Assembly (NCBI GenBank): GCA_010093815.1
Contig: ML996579.1
Reading direction: 5' to 3' (one strand)
Length of the DNA: 64,000 nucleotides
DNA from: Pseudovirgaria hyperparasitica
Lineage: Eukaryota
Positions 1 to 12,800 of this stretch are shown piece by piece. The notes beneath the pieces were generated by a model, which saw nothing but the letters and a program-made list of their open reading frames with translations, did no database searches and had not been told where the DNA came from. The position numbers and the translations under genes are program-made. Each line of letters opens with the position of its first letter. Within the stretch, counting starts at the first letter, position 1.

Positions 1-1919
1 GAAAACCCTTAAAGACTTAATTAAATCTACCTAGAATTCCGATATATTAGTAAAGAAAGTTATAAGCATGAAAGGAAGCGCTATAGATCCGCCGTGGTTA
101 TTAAGGTAGGAACGACGATTAGACGCGATCTACTTCTAAGGCCAACTCTACGTGCCGGAAGGCGGCTTACAAATTAATGTTTTAAGGGAATAGCATGATT
201 ACGCGTTAGTAGGGTACTTTAGCGTTATAAGGATAGTTAATTTAATCCGAAGGACGTACGACTGGCCGGGTCTTTATAAATATATAAAAGACTACGTAAA
301 AACGTATAACGTTTACCAGCATACGAAAGTATATAGATACTTACTATATGGCGAATTAAGGCCATTACCTATGCTAAAGGAGGCATAGAAGGAATTATCG
401 ATAGATTTCATCACAGATCTACCCCTAAGTAAGTGTTCTAGGTATATTTATAATAGTTTACTCGTAGTTCTAGATAGATTTATAAAGATATTATACTACA
501 TCTCTATAAGGAAGACAATCTAAGCACCGGATCTTATAGATATACTACTCCGTGACGTAGTCCGGCTCTATGGTATACCGAACGGTATAGTTTCGGATAG
601 AGGTCCGTAGATAACGTCTAAATTTTAGAAGGATTTCTACTATATACTAGGAATTAAGCGGAAACTTAGTACTACGTTCCACCTATAAATAGATAGATAG
701 ATAGAGCGGTAGAATTAGATAGTCGAGGCGTATTTACGCGTATATTATAACTATAAGTAGGATAACTAGGTAAGGTTAGTCTGTGTCGCGGAATTCGCGT
801 ATAATAACAGCCGATATACGTTAACCCACGTAAGTCCGTTTAAAGTAAACTTCGGTCGGAACCATAATGCGTAGTTCTTAGGGACTTAGTTTAAAGTAGA
901 ACGATCTAATATTAAAGTAATAGAAATTACTATAGAACTATTCTAAACGTAAAGAAGCGTTATAAAGTTACTATAAGATACTACAAATTATAGTAAATCG
1001 CACTATAATAAGGGTAGAAAACCCATAATCTTTAATATTAGGGATAAAGTTTTACTAAATAGTAAGAATATTTATAGTATTAGGCTAAAGAAGAAGCTTA
1101 ACTATACGATAATAGGTCTATATAAGATTACTTATATAATTAATGACTAGGCGTACGAGTTATAACTCCCTCCTACGTTAAAGATATATAATATATTCTA
1201 TATTACGCTTCTCGAGCCATTTCATGCCTTATTATTACTAGATCGTTCCGAATAGATACTATATAAAGTAGTTACGTAAGAAGGTATAGATATCTACGAA
1301 GTTAAGTAGATACTTAGCTAGTAACGCGCCGAAGATGGCACGTGGCTATATAAAATTCGTTAGAAAGGATATAATCCTAACGAAGATACTTGGGAATCTA
1401 TAATAAACATTAGTAAAGTAGCGATGTTAGTATATGAGTAGCGATTAGTAAAGAAAGCCGCGGAATCATAGAGAATTATACCAAAGTACGGCGATTCGAC
1501 GTTTTTTAGTATAGTTTAGCACCGAGGACGGCCGCCTAAAAGGAAGAAGGTAAAAGAGATATAGATCTTTAAAACATTCTAAGGAATTAAGGAACTTCCT
1601 TAGAAAGTTCGAACTTAGAACTTTAAAAATTTAACTAAAAAAGAGACTTAGAAAAATAATTCACTAAGAGAAATAGACATCGAAAATCGGTACCGATCGG
1701 TATAGATCGGTATAGATTACTAAAGAGATTAAAGAAGTTATTATTAAAGAAAGATAAAATTAAGAAAGCTAAAAGAAAATATAAAGATCTATATAGATCT
1801 ATATAAACTCGCACTAATCTATCTAGAAGAAGCAAGATCGCTTTAAAATTAAAACCGAAAAACCAAAAACGCTAGATAAAAGAGACATGTTAGTACCGAT
1901 CGGTATAGATCTAAACCGA

Positions 1920-2901
1920 TTAAGTCGGAGTAGGAGTAGAAGTACTAATTACCGCGATAGTTATATCTAATTCCTTCTGCTAGTTCTTATTTAGTATAGT
2001 GTAGAGCTTTATAATATAAGTCTCTAGCCTTTCGTTCCGATACTATAAATTCTATATAGCGTGCCTTATAGCTATGAACTCCTCTATAGAAACCTATAGA
2101 GCGGCGGGACCCGGGACGGAGAGAGACGGACTAGCGCGGGTACGCTAAGAATTATATAAATTAGCGAAAAGATTCAATAATCGGTATAGAACCATATACC
2201 TTTAGTATAGAAACTTCTAGATTAGAGCTATCTTCCCTAAATTTATAGCTCTTTAGCACGCGCGAGGAAGGAACCTTAGCCTTTTTACTAGAACCTTTTC
2301 TAGGAATTCTAATATCGCCGGTGTATAGAAAGAAGTCCGAAGTAGTAGAGATTTTAGCACTATTATAGAGATTAATATATATTAGTAAGAATCTATAACG
2401 ATTTAAGAAAAACGATGTTACCTAGTAATCGCGGTAATAATAGCTATAGTAGATTCCGATAAATCCTTACGGATCTTATTAGAATCGTACTCCTAGGCGT
2501 AACCCTTACCTTAGATATATAGCTCGTAGAAAGCCTTCTCTAAGGCGTTACGATCGGTAGTACTACGCTCCTTATTAGTAGAGGTTACTAGAGGCCTAGT
2601 AGTAATCTATACTAATATAAGTAAATCTACGTAAAGTTCTTCGAACTTACTTAAATACCTATAAGTAATAACGCTTCTTAGTTATATAAGTACTATATAT
2701 TATAGATTTAGTACTACCGTAAGTAATATATAACGGAAAGCGATAACTATAATAATATATAGCTAGATTATTAGAGCCCGGCCTAGGTTGGGGTAGATTA
2801 ATAGCTTTTAACATGTCGGTGACGTATACGAGACAGGGATTATTCGAAGGCATCTATTTCCGCGCCGATTACTTTAGAGTATTGAGATTTCGGGAAACCA
2901 T
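1920..2901 (-). pseudogene. Antisense 4-exon accessory gene inside Gypsy A copy 1 (~270 aa; Cys-rich N-terminus, coiled-coil-like C-terminus), RIP-mutated
   Basis: ATG at 2901. GT-AG introns 2658-2607, 2421-2360 and 2199-2145 (the last two with ctaat branch sites) keep one frame to TAA at 1920-1922. Internal stops are TAG/TAA explicable as RIP'd CAG/CAA/TGG. Confidence 0.65.
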
Positions 2902-3385
2902 ATTAAGATTATTATTAATTTATACGGATTATTACGAATTATATTATTACTAGCTAAGGACGGCACGAAAATTAGTAAATTACGTAAATCATACTAAATT
3001 ATAGTAAATCTATATAAATCTATATCTATAAGGATCGGGTGATATACCTAATAATCTAAAAAACTCTATAAAGAGTTAAGAAGTTTTTTAAAGAAAGGAA
3101 TATTTCTAAGAAAAGATTTCAATATAGGTAGTACCCAGGCTTACCTAATTACATCACGTGATACGCTAGGCCTAATTAGATAATCTCACCTATATAAGAA
3201 GTTAAGATAGATAAAATCTAGTTTATTAGGAAAACGCTTATATAAATCTTAGATTAGTAAATATCGGTAAGTATCTAAGACGAAGCGTAGAGAACGACTA
3301 AGGTCTTACGAGACTTAGGATAGGGATATAGAGATAGGTAACGATCTAGGTCGCTAAGGGTAGCTTCCTAGAGGGAAGGGATAAT

Positions 3386-3613
3386 TATTAGAACTTAGTC
3401 TTAGGTAGAACCCGATCTACACGTACCTTAGCTAATAGGGATAGGAGGTAACGTGAAGGGCGGTAAACAGTCACGTGCTAGATAGATCGGCGTCCCTTTA
3501 TATATATACTCTCGGATTCCTACTAAAAGGGTTCGGTAGTAATTCGTTCTATGATAGAATACACCCTATTATTCTATCTAACTACACTACTATCCAATAA
3601 CCCTATTCTTACA
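3386..3613 (+). repeat. 3' LTR of Gypsy A copy 1 (228 bp)
   Basis: TA(<TG)...CA ends; matches LTRs at 19297-19524 and 33768-33995. Confidence 0.95.
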
Positions 3614-5148
3614 CTACCTTTAGTAAGATTTACCTTTAACTCCTTAAGAATCTTAAAGAATAGTAATAAACTATAACTCTTAACGAGGGAGTTCTACCTT
3701 ACGTTAAGCGATACTCCTTTTATCTTAATCCGGAGTTACTTTTTATATATAAAGTTAGTCTAGATAGCTATGAACGCTTATGTATTCTATACTAATTTAT
3801 ACGTGATTTTATAGACTAGGCCTATACTAAAGGCGGACATTAAGGTACTAACGATATATACATTCGTCTATAGTAAAATCTATTTATTCTAAAGCTTAGA
3901 GATTATATATAAGGCTATATAAACTAATACCCTACTTATAGTATCTCTAAAGCGTCGAATAGATAGCCGATTAGAGAATTAATACTAGTAGTTACGCCTC
4001 TAATACTATTCTATATAATCTTAATAGATTTTATCGTGGGATTACTAACGACCGTTAATAGCTATAATTAATACCTTACGGTCACCGATAAATTCACTAA
4101 GGGAGTTAAGCTTATACCCGGAAAAGACACTTAGACTACGTAGAAATAGGCCGTTGGTTTTTATAACTATATAGTCGCTAGTTAGACTATACCTAAAGTT
4201 ATTATCTCTAATTATAATTTCTATTTCCTTAGCTAATTCTAGCGAGTACTATTTAAGATTATAAGGGTTATTATAGTAGTTACGGCCGCTTATAACTCTA
4301 AAGTAAATAGATAGAGCGAACGGACTAATCTAACCGTTAAAATAATCCTCTAATACTTAATTATTAAAGAGAATAAGAATATTACTAAATAGAATAAATT
4401 ACTACTAGTAGTGGAATACACGTTATTAATAACGACAAGCTCTATAATAAATAAAACTCTATTCGAGCTCATGTACAGCGTGCGTCTAAGGGATCTAATA
4501 ATAGTAATAATACTATTCTAACTATTAAACGAAAATAAGCAATCCGTGGAGAATTTTACTCTATCTTACTAAGATATCTATAACTAAGCCGAAGAAGCTA
4601 TTACCGTCGCTTAGGCTAAGATAGTAATATTCTTCGATAATTAATATAGTAAGGTTAATATAGGCGACTAAGTCTAGCTAAAAGTTACTCGTAAGCCTAG
4701 CGCTAAAGGGTACTAATTACCCTCTATATCTTACCTTAATCTAGAGAAAGTTAGCCTATATAAAGTTCTTAAAAAGGTTACTTAAGTTACCTTCCGGCTT
4801 AAACTTTCTAAGTACGTTAAGATTTACCCCGTTATTTTAATTACTTATCTAGAGCCTTACACACCCGATACCCTTAATAGATTAATCCGTAACCTAGGTC
4901 CTATTAAGAAGATTAAGGGTAAGGCCGCCTATATTATTAATCGTATACTAGCTTAAGGATCTCGACGCCCTAAAGGAGAAACTAAAGTAGTATCTTACCT
5001 TAAAGTTATATAGAAAGGCTATAATAAACTAGACTAGGTATACGAATCGGATCTACTACGCGACGTGCTAGAAATAGTAGCTACCTTTAATACGCGTAAG
5101 CGTCTAAGGAAATCATATACTAGCTAGATAATCCTCTCTAAGATTTAA
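3614..5148 (+). pseudogene. Gypsy B pol C-terminus (integrase plus chromodomain)
   Basis: HHCC-like and DDE core motifs are readable after RIP correction. Confidence 0.85.
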
Positions 5149-5411
5149 TGTATTTCTATATTTTATAAGTTTACTTTATAATGTTTTTACTTTCTATTTA
5201 TATATAAATCTATCTAATTAATTACGTAATAGTTATACTAATTTAGGCGAGTATAGCGAATATTAGTCCCGTTAAGCTACCCTATTATCTTATTACCTTA
5301 GCTATAGTTACTCTAGCTCTATTAACTACCACTTCCTTTAGATGTCTTAGTATTAAACTTAACTTTTACTTCTTTCTATTCTTATTTACTCTAATATATA
5401 ATATCTCTAAT

Positions 5412-8400
5412 ATATCTTCTACCGACTAAATAGCCGAAGAACACGAAGGCGCGAAACCTTTTATTACGAACGACGATAAATAGATCTACGAATCTAATAA
5501 AAGTTAGAATAAGACTATAAATATTAATAATAGAGCTATAACTATCGATTCTACTACGATTCCTAACTATACTTCTAATAATAGTACTCCTTAAGTTACT
5601 ACTATAGTAGACGAACCGCTACTCTTTACTACTATTATAGATAATTACCGTCTAAACGATAAGTACGAAGTTACTAGAATTCGACCTTTAAAGGTACTAG
5701 TTCCTAATTACTTTCTATATTAAGTCTCTCTAACGTAGAACGACCTTTAGCTTATATTCGCCGACCTCTATAACGCTATTATTATTAGTAAGGAAATATC
5801 TAAGTAAATATAGGCCGAAATTAAAGAAGTAGCCTTTAAAGTACGTGGTAAAGGGTATAGTTTTAAATAATTAATCTCTTATTCTTATAAGGTACTTGAT
5901 TTTCCTAAATATCGCTCTAAGATTACCCTAAGATACCGCTTCCGTTAGATTAATAATAGAAAATCGGTCTTAATAGTATATATCTTATAGTTAAATCGAA
6001 TTAATATTCTTCTCTCTTCCACGGAGCCTATAGTATAGATTTCTAAAGTTAACTAAGTTAGCGACATCGTTGGTTTCTTTCCCTAGCTTCCCGAACTTAT
6101 TATTAAGAAATATAAAAGAACTAAGCTCTTAAACATTATTAAAGAATAGAATTTTAAGCTCTATAGCTTCTAGGTAATCTATTTTACTATTAACGAACTT
6201 CTCGGTAGTAGTTTTACTACGCCTACTTTTATTAGGCTAGATAATACTTATAAGTAAGTTAAATAATACTTTAGGAACCTTAAGTCCCCTACTATAATAC
6301 GAATCTTATATACTCTTAAAGAGGTAAAGGATTTCACGCGTTTTAACGTAGAGCTAGAGCTTAAAAAGGATCCGATTAGCGCATGGTATATAGATATTAC
6401 TATATCTTATATATAATACGGAATAATAAGTAAACCGGACATATAGCCGTAAGTCGTAGTTCCTCTTCGTGAATCCTTTAATTAGAAATTTAATTACTTA
6501 ATATATATTAGTATTAGCTCGCTCTAAGATAAGTAAGCTAAGCTACCTTCTACGGAATTCTTACTAGTTATAGTTAGATACGTCTAGCTCTTAGGCGTTA
6601 CCTAATCTCTTCTAGCTATTATTAAGCTAGATAATCTAGACGAGTTCTATTAAATAGAACTAGGGATAAATACTTTTCTAAAAGTTAATGTATTAGCGTA
6701 TAATAATAACGTCTACCGAGCCGAGATTCTCTAACTTTGATCTAGAGTACTTCCTTTTAAATGCTTCGCGTTAAAACTTACTAACCTTATTAAACGTCCT
6801 CTAAAGGAACCGGAGCTCCTAGTACCTTTACTACGTACTATCGCGGTAGTATATAAAAAGTACTTAGGTTACTTTATCTACACGAGTAATATTAGCTTAG
6901 AATCTATTAATTCATCTATTACTACGCTAGGTAACTTTAATGAAGTTCCTACTCTCGTCTTAATATAAACATATAATAAGCTTATTAAGTAATAGATAAA
7001 TACTTATTAAAAACTAACGTAATCTACGTTATAAGCGCCTACTATTAAAGTAATAAACTAATAAATAAAAGAAGATAAACTACCTTAAAAGAAAGTTAGT
7101 AAGTATAACGAAGTAGATAACGTGTCTAAGGTAAGCATGGATTTAGTTTAAGATAACGATAGCGAGGACGACGAAGACTATCCCTTATCCGCTACTAATA
7201 GTAACGAGAAAAACGAGTTTTAGTTACCTTCGGCTAGTATAATCCCTACTATAGTACTATTACCTTTACTATTAACTATTTAGAATATTATTCTAGGTAA
7301 TAACTTCCTTACTCTCGAATACCTTAATTATATATAATACGTTAAAGATTAAAGGCCTTTTCACAATATTTAAAACTTTATTAAGAAATAGCTATCTAAT
7401 TAATAATAGGAAGTATACGAAAACTTACGAAAGGTACTAGAAGGTTATTTTATACTTTAAGGCCTAGGAGATACTAGTAAGAGTTATTAGTAGCTTTATA
7501 TTATATTATCTATAATATTAATTAATAAGAATAGTAGTAATTTCATAATAACCTACGTAGCTAAGACTATTATTCTAATTACTAAATAAACTATATACCT
7601 TCTAGCACGATTAGTAATATAGACGCGTCGACATTATTTATACCTTATAGTCTATCTAACTAATCTAACTTACGATAATACTACCGCTAAAGTATATATA
7701 TTTATTAAAGTCTAGATCTAACGGGTAAAATCTCCTAAGTTACTAATAGTAATTCGTCGTTATCTAGAAGATATAGACTATAGAATCTTCCTTACTAGGG
7801 CTAAGAAGTAAAGATATAGTAAACCCTTAATTAGTATAGAATAGGATAAAGCTATTAGTAGTATAATACTATTATAGGCTTAGAGAGAATATAATAAACG
7901 GCTATCTAAGTTTATATCTAACCTATATACATGCTTATAGAAACTATATACTAGTTATATAGCTCTTAAAGTTATTAGGCTAGTTACTTCCTATTACTAA
8001 TATAAATAGCTTCTATCTAGTTTTAAAAAAGATACTACTAAGCCTCTCTAAAATCTTTACTATTACTATAGTAGAAAGGAAGATTTTATATTAGAAGACC
8101 ATAAGCGTATAATAGAACTATATAATATAGTTTAGGACCTTATTACCACTTAAGCTTAGATATATATAGATACGCCCTATATTATAAATATTACTAAAAT
8201 TACTTATAATATCTACCCGATTCTAGTAGTTATAGAAGAGGTAACTCATACGCTAGAGAGCGATATACTTAGAGTTATCGTGAATTATATAATAATAGAC
8301 TAGTAGCCGATATTTATTTATATTAGAGATTCTCGCTAGCTAGATACCTACTATACTAATAACCTTAATATATAGACTATAAACTAAGGAATCTCGTTAA

Positions 8401-9629
8401 TAAAACGACTTCTATAATACGGTTTCCCTTCTACTCGCCTTACGGAGTTAGAACGGTCTATTCTAAGTATTATTAATGTTATTTTAAATATCGCATATTT
8501 AGGCGAACTAATAGCTTCTCCTTATATAGCGGCGAACGTTAATTTCTACCTTACTAAGGCGGTTTAAAAGATATTTTATCTTTCTAGATATTAATATATA
8601 ATTATCGTAGTAGTTAACGGAGATCGAGCCTTTACTATTAATAGTTCTAAATATAATTTAGACTCTCTATATTTCACTTAGTAGGTAATTATAGAGCTCT
8701 TTCTCTAAGACGTAAGCCTCGATTATATTTTATATATTTATATCTACGCCGCCTAATAAGAGTTATTTAAGACTATAGTTCGTACCTTACTTCCGGAAGT
8801 CCTAGCTAACACGGATTAAGCTTATTTTAATAGATTATCTAAAAAGGTATAGTAACTTATCTAATAGCGATCCTAGGATAGATTCTAAGGCTATAATAGT
8901 AATATTATTCTTATCGATCCCGTTTAGACTAGCCGTATTAGATTCCTTATAGAGCTAAATTAGAATATTATCTCTATTACGCGCGTAAGGTAAGTTATAA
9001 TAGTTATTATAAATATTCTATCCCTTAAGCGATAAAAATGCCTCTAAGGTATTCTCCGTAAGCTTTAGAAGAAATATTATAAGTAAAAAGTAGTATATAT
9101 ATATAATACTACTATACTAGGAACTCTTTCTACTCTCTAATATATACTAAATCTAACACGTAGCCATTCTACTTTCGGTATTAGAGAAACACGCGAAGGA
9201 AGATAGAAACGTAAGTAGAGAAGGTCTATAACCTATCGTATCTATAACGCTATCGGTTATAAAGTAATCGACTACCTAGAAGGAACACCTCTTATCTATA
9301 ATAACTATTAAGATATTAGTTATAAATCTAAAGATTATTCTAATCCTAAGACTTTATAGTTACTCTACTACTATAGTTATAAATAGAATAGTTACTTCTA
9401 GTACTACTATTCTAATTATACTAAACTTATAGCTCGTTCTACTAAGGAAGACACTCTATCCGCTACTAAAGTAGAAGAAGTTCTTAACGCCGGCGCTTTT
9501 ACTACTAAAGTAGAAGCTACGCTAGAATAGAACTTATAGGACGATATAAATGAATACAGAGATTCTTTCGTTAAGGATAAGAAATTAATATAGACTACTT
9601 ATAAGACTTATAACACGGTTAACTAGTAG
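5412..9629 (+). pseudogene. Upf1/NAM7-like superfamily-1 helicase with three C-terminal CCHC zinc knuckles (RIP-mutated, ~1,400 codons)
   Basis: All motifs lie in one frame after RIP correction: Walker A LQGPG(G/D)TGKS 7455-7484; Ia VCPTNxACDN 7650-7679; II VVxEEA 8226-8243; III GDSRQL 8325-8342; V DGFQG 8877-8891; VI GFL..SITRAR 8940-8990; CX2CX4HX4C three times from 9234 to ~9410. Confidence 0.85.
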
Positions 9630-9671
9630 GTAATTTACATTTCGGGACGAAATTTAGCGTGGAAGGGCAGA

Positions 9672-9892
9672 TGCTATAGGTAGTTATATAAGGTTATATA
9701 AGTAGCTAAGTCACGTGGTCTAGTCACATAACGCTAGAAGCTTAGTATATATTACTTCTTCTTTCTATATTATTTATAGTTAGAGATGGGAGGAGGAAGA
9801 CGAATAACTGTATTAGCACCTAATTAAAGACTCATTAAGAGTATCTCCATCTCCTTTGCTCTATTATAGACCCTTCGGTAGATAATATAGCA
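9672..9892 (+). repeat. Putative 3' LTR of Gypsy B (221 bp)
   Basis: Begins TGCTATA and ends TATAGCA (7-bp terminal inverted repeat, TG...CA), directly after a purine tract. The partner LTR would lie outside the window. Confidence 0.75.
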
Positions 9893-12800
9893 CCCTCTGA
9901 GTACTGCACTCGGCAACCAGTCTGTCTCTCTAGGATCGACTTCCAAGGACTTCTATTAATTGCCAGAATGACCTGTAGACCTAATTAGCTTTCAAAGCCT
10001 TGCAGATCTCGCGATTGAGAACTCGAAAGAGTTAAGACAATATTTGACAACCGTAACGCGATGTTACGAGGGTAATACAGTAGACATACATGCTACGCAG
10101 AAATCAAAAGTACGAACAATAGTTTAGAGCTCAGCATATCGATGAGACAGCATTATTGAAGGACGTTGTGAAGCGAGGAGGAAGTCAGGAGAACAGCTGA
10201 AGTTAGGCCTTTCATCCATCTATCGCGGCATGCCTAAGGCGCCCAGTACATTAACCTCCCTCCTTTAAGTCATGGGCTGTCTCAGGATGCTTTCACTTTG
10301 GTCTTTTGAAGCAGGTCTCGACAATCAAATGAAGTTTAGCCTGCTGATGTTCTCAGATGAGCGAATATTCTACAAATGAGAGATGCGGATCACTGACTGA
10401 AGCCCCTCAAGCAACTGTGCACCCATGAACCTGCTACCTCTGTTCAGCAACGAATTATCTGACGCCTAAACCAACGCTGTAGTATAGGAGGACTAGACGT
10501 TACTCTGAGACGGACGTTTTCGGGATTGCTAAGCGAGAGTTCTGTTCAAGGGCAGATACTGGTGTTAGGGACTAGACTTGCACTGCCTTGCGGTTTGCCT
10601 GATCAGGCACACCGCAGCGAATCGAGGTCACTATATCTAAGGCCACCCGAGAAGCCGCTTCTAATGGACCTGTTTGGTAGATGACTGCTGGTCTTGGTGG
10701 AGTGGCGCAGACAAAAGCCGGTATATACCAAGGTATGATCGTGTTGACAAGAATTGTGCTTTACCGCCCAGTCTTGACTCTTCACTGCATTTAAGATCCC
10801 ATTCAGGGGCACGAGTTATCTTCGCCTCATGCTCATACTCCACCATGCCTTTCAAACAGTGCTTGAAATATCTCTTCACGCACAGTGAGAAGTATCTGAA
10901 TGATGAGCCACCCCGATACTCAGCTATGGAGTACCAGCAGCTTTGCGACGAACATGAACATATGGCTCCTGTGTTACCCCAGCGCTTCAAGGTTTGTACC
11001 ACCTTGTCCAATGTGAACGAAAATTAATGATCGAAGACTCCATCACTCCATCCTGCCCGCACTCAATCTCCGGAGCTACCCTTTCGAACTTTGTTGAACG
11101 ACACAAACCCTGCAGCTCCTACCGCCGTCTCATCCTGTCCTATGCCAACACGCGATACCAAGATCCAACATTCTGCAGCTCCCCTCAGTACGGGAGGTTC
11201 AACAGCGAGTTGGGACGACTCGGCGACTCTGGCATTGCAGAAGGAAGCTGAGGTCTTCGAGCCCCCTCACCCCTTGCAGAGTCTCATGAAGATATACCAA
11301 AGCCGTTGAGTTGGAAGAAGCTGGCGAGAAAGAGTACAGATGTCGAGGATATATCTACGAAAGAGGACGACACATGATGTGGATACAATTCAATGCCAGT
11401 AGAAGCACATAATTACATGGCAACTATGCGTAGAGTCGACACTTGTGCGAAATTTAATCGTATCATAGTTTTGTATGTATAAGTATCCAAGTTTCAGTCG
11501 GAGGGAAATAAGTAGCGCTTCCTTCGGATCCCAGATCATGCAAGGACACGTCTTCAGATTCACCCAAAACTCTGTTGGCAATTTGATAACTACGCTGCTT
11601 GGAGGCTGTTAAAAGCTAAATAGGCGTCTTGATATAGGTATTCATAGATCTGGAAACATAATAATCCGACTCCAAAGATTTTATTTCGTCAAGCACTGGG
11701 GTTACGTACTCAAAGAGATCACTGAGTACTCTACTAGCTACAGGAGAGAACATATTCTTAAGTCAGGAAGCTGTTCAAGGAGAGTTTTGATTCAACCACT
11801 TGGGAGTTAATCATCAAGCGAACCTTACCCTGGAAGTCTATTTATGTGAATAAGAGGTATCCGGATGTCAAGGAATCCTGAGACCCTCTCTTGACTACTA
11901 AAAGACTCGGCGGATGAAGGCTTGTTAACGGCTTGTGAATCACATTATACTATTGTATGCGTAGATCCTTGGGCTCTTAAGATACTTCGGGTACTGCTCA
12001 GGACACTGCCTATCATGAATTCTTGGGTGGATATATCTAGGAACCTACAGATCCTCCATTGCCTATAACCATTGTCAGTAGATAAGTGACGCACATTGAA
12101 AGGAATCTATTATCCCACCTTCACTGTTATGCAGTAATCATGAGCGTATGAAGAAGTTCAGTTCGCTTCAAGTGCTACAATTTGTTCATTTTTTGACTCC
12201 GCCAGTCAGTCTAGGGCCTTGGGTCCGTTGGCTATCCGCCGTACCCTGTTGGCCATATCTTGGTGGTGTGCGTACGCAACAGAGCCTTTCAGCTGCTCCT
12301 AACGCCTTACATCCTGATTGACTGACTGGTTGGCTTCTAAGTGCTCCTTTGGTGCCGTCTTTGGCTGATTTCGGTTGGTGAAGAGCGGTGTTGACCTTCT
12401 TTTGACCCCGTGGAAAGGGTACCCAGCAGCGGTGAATCGCATCGCCGTAGAATGCATACAGGGTTTGAAGGAGACGGCGAGGTCTCCAGCCGGCTTATCT
12501 CCTGAAGACTGTCGAGGAGGGGCTGATGATTTTGGACGAGTCTTCATGCCCAGAAGGGCGCAGATCTGGCAGTGAACGGTAATTGGAGGGATCTGCCTCT
12601 ATCGGGTCAGGGGTGAGCTCACGTGGTGGGGGAGGAGTGGTAAGACGCTCAACCAACATTGGCTCTGGCTTCACGGAGCGTGCGTGCTAAATCTGTTGAG
12701 ACTCGAGTTCCATAGGTCGTAGTATGAATGTCGTGAAGTCGTCGAACTCCAGAAGTTGTGATCGTTAGAGAATCGAAGGTACACGAGAGTTCAAGTTACG

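Larger units (their letters stand above)
1..3613 (+). mobile_element. Ty3/Gypsy chromovirus family A, copy 1 (3' part: integrase, chromodomain, extra region, 3' LTR); RIP-inactivated
   Basis: Colinear with 24498-26416 plus 32302-33995. Degraded integrase motifs (S-x-DFITDLP ~400-425, IVSDRG ~587-604, DGQTER) and a chromodomain at ~1295-1410. PPT gagggaaggg at 3371-3380 precedes the LTR. Confidence 0.93.
3614..9892 (+). mobile_element. Ty3/Gypsy LTR retrotransposon family B (3' part), carrying a helicase ORF; interrupted by Gypsy A copy 1; RIP-inactivated
   Basis: Integrase remnants IDFIVGL (~4024), VTDKFTK (4081), DGQSERTNQ-like (~4305-4332) and a chromodomain-like segment (~4930-5100). Purine tract ggaagggcaga at 9661-9671, then an LTR-like segment. 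Confidence 0.85.

Noticed and set aside
1635..1835. 66-aa hydrophobic ORF
   Set aside because: Low-complexity AT-rich sequence inside Gypsy A; chance ORF.
5412..9629. Helitron interpretation of the helicase
   Set aside because: Motifs are Upf1-type (DGFQG, TRAR) rather than Pif1-type; no Rep domain or Helitron ends seen, and the ORF is followed by a PPT and an LTR-like segment.
10674..11309. ORFs of 72-117 aa
   Set aside because: No recognisable motif or consistent gene structure; treated only as possible remnants.
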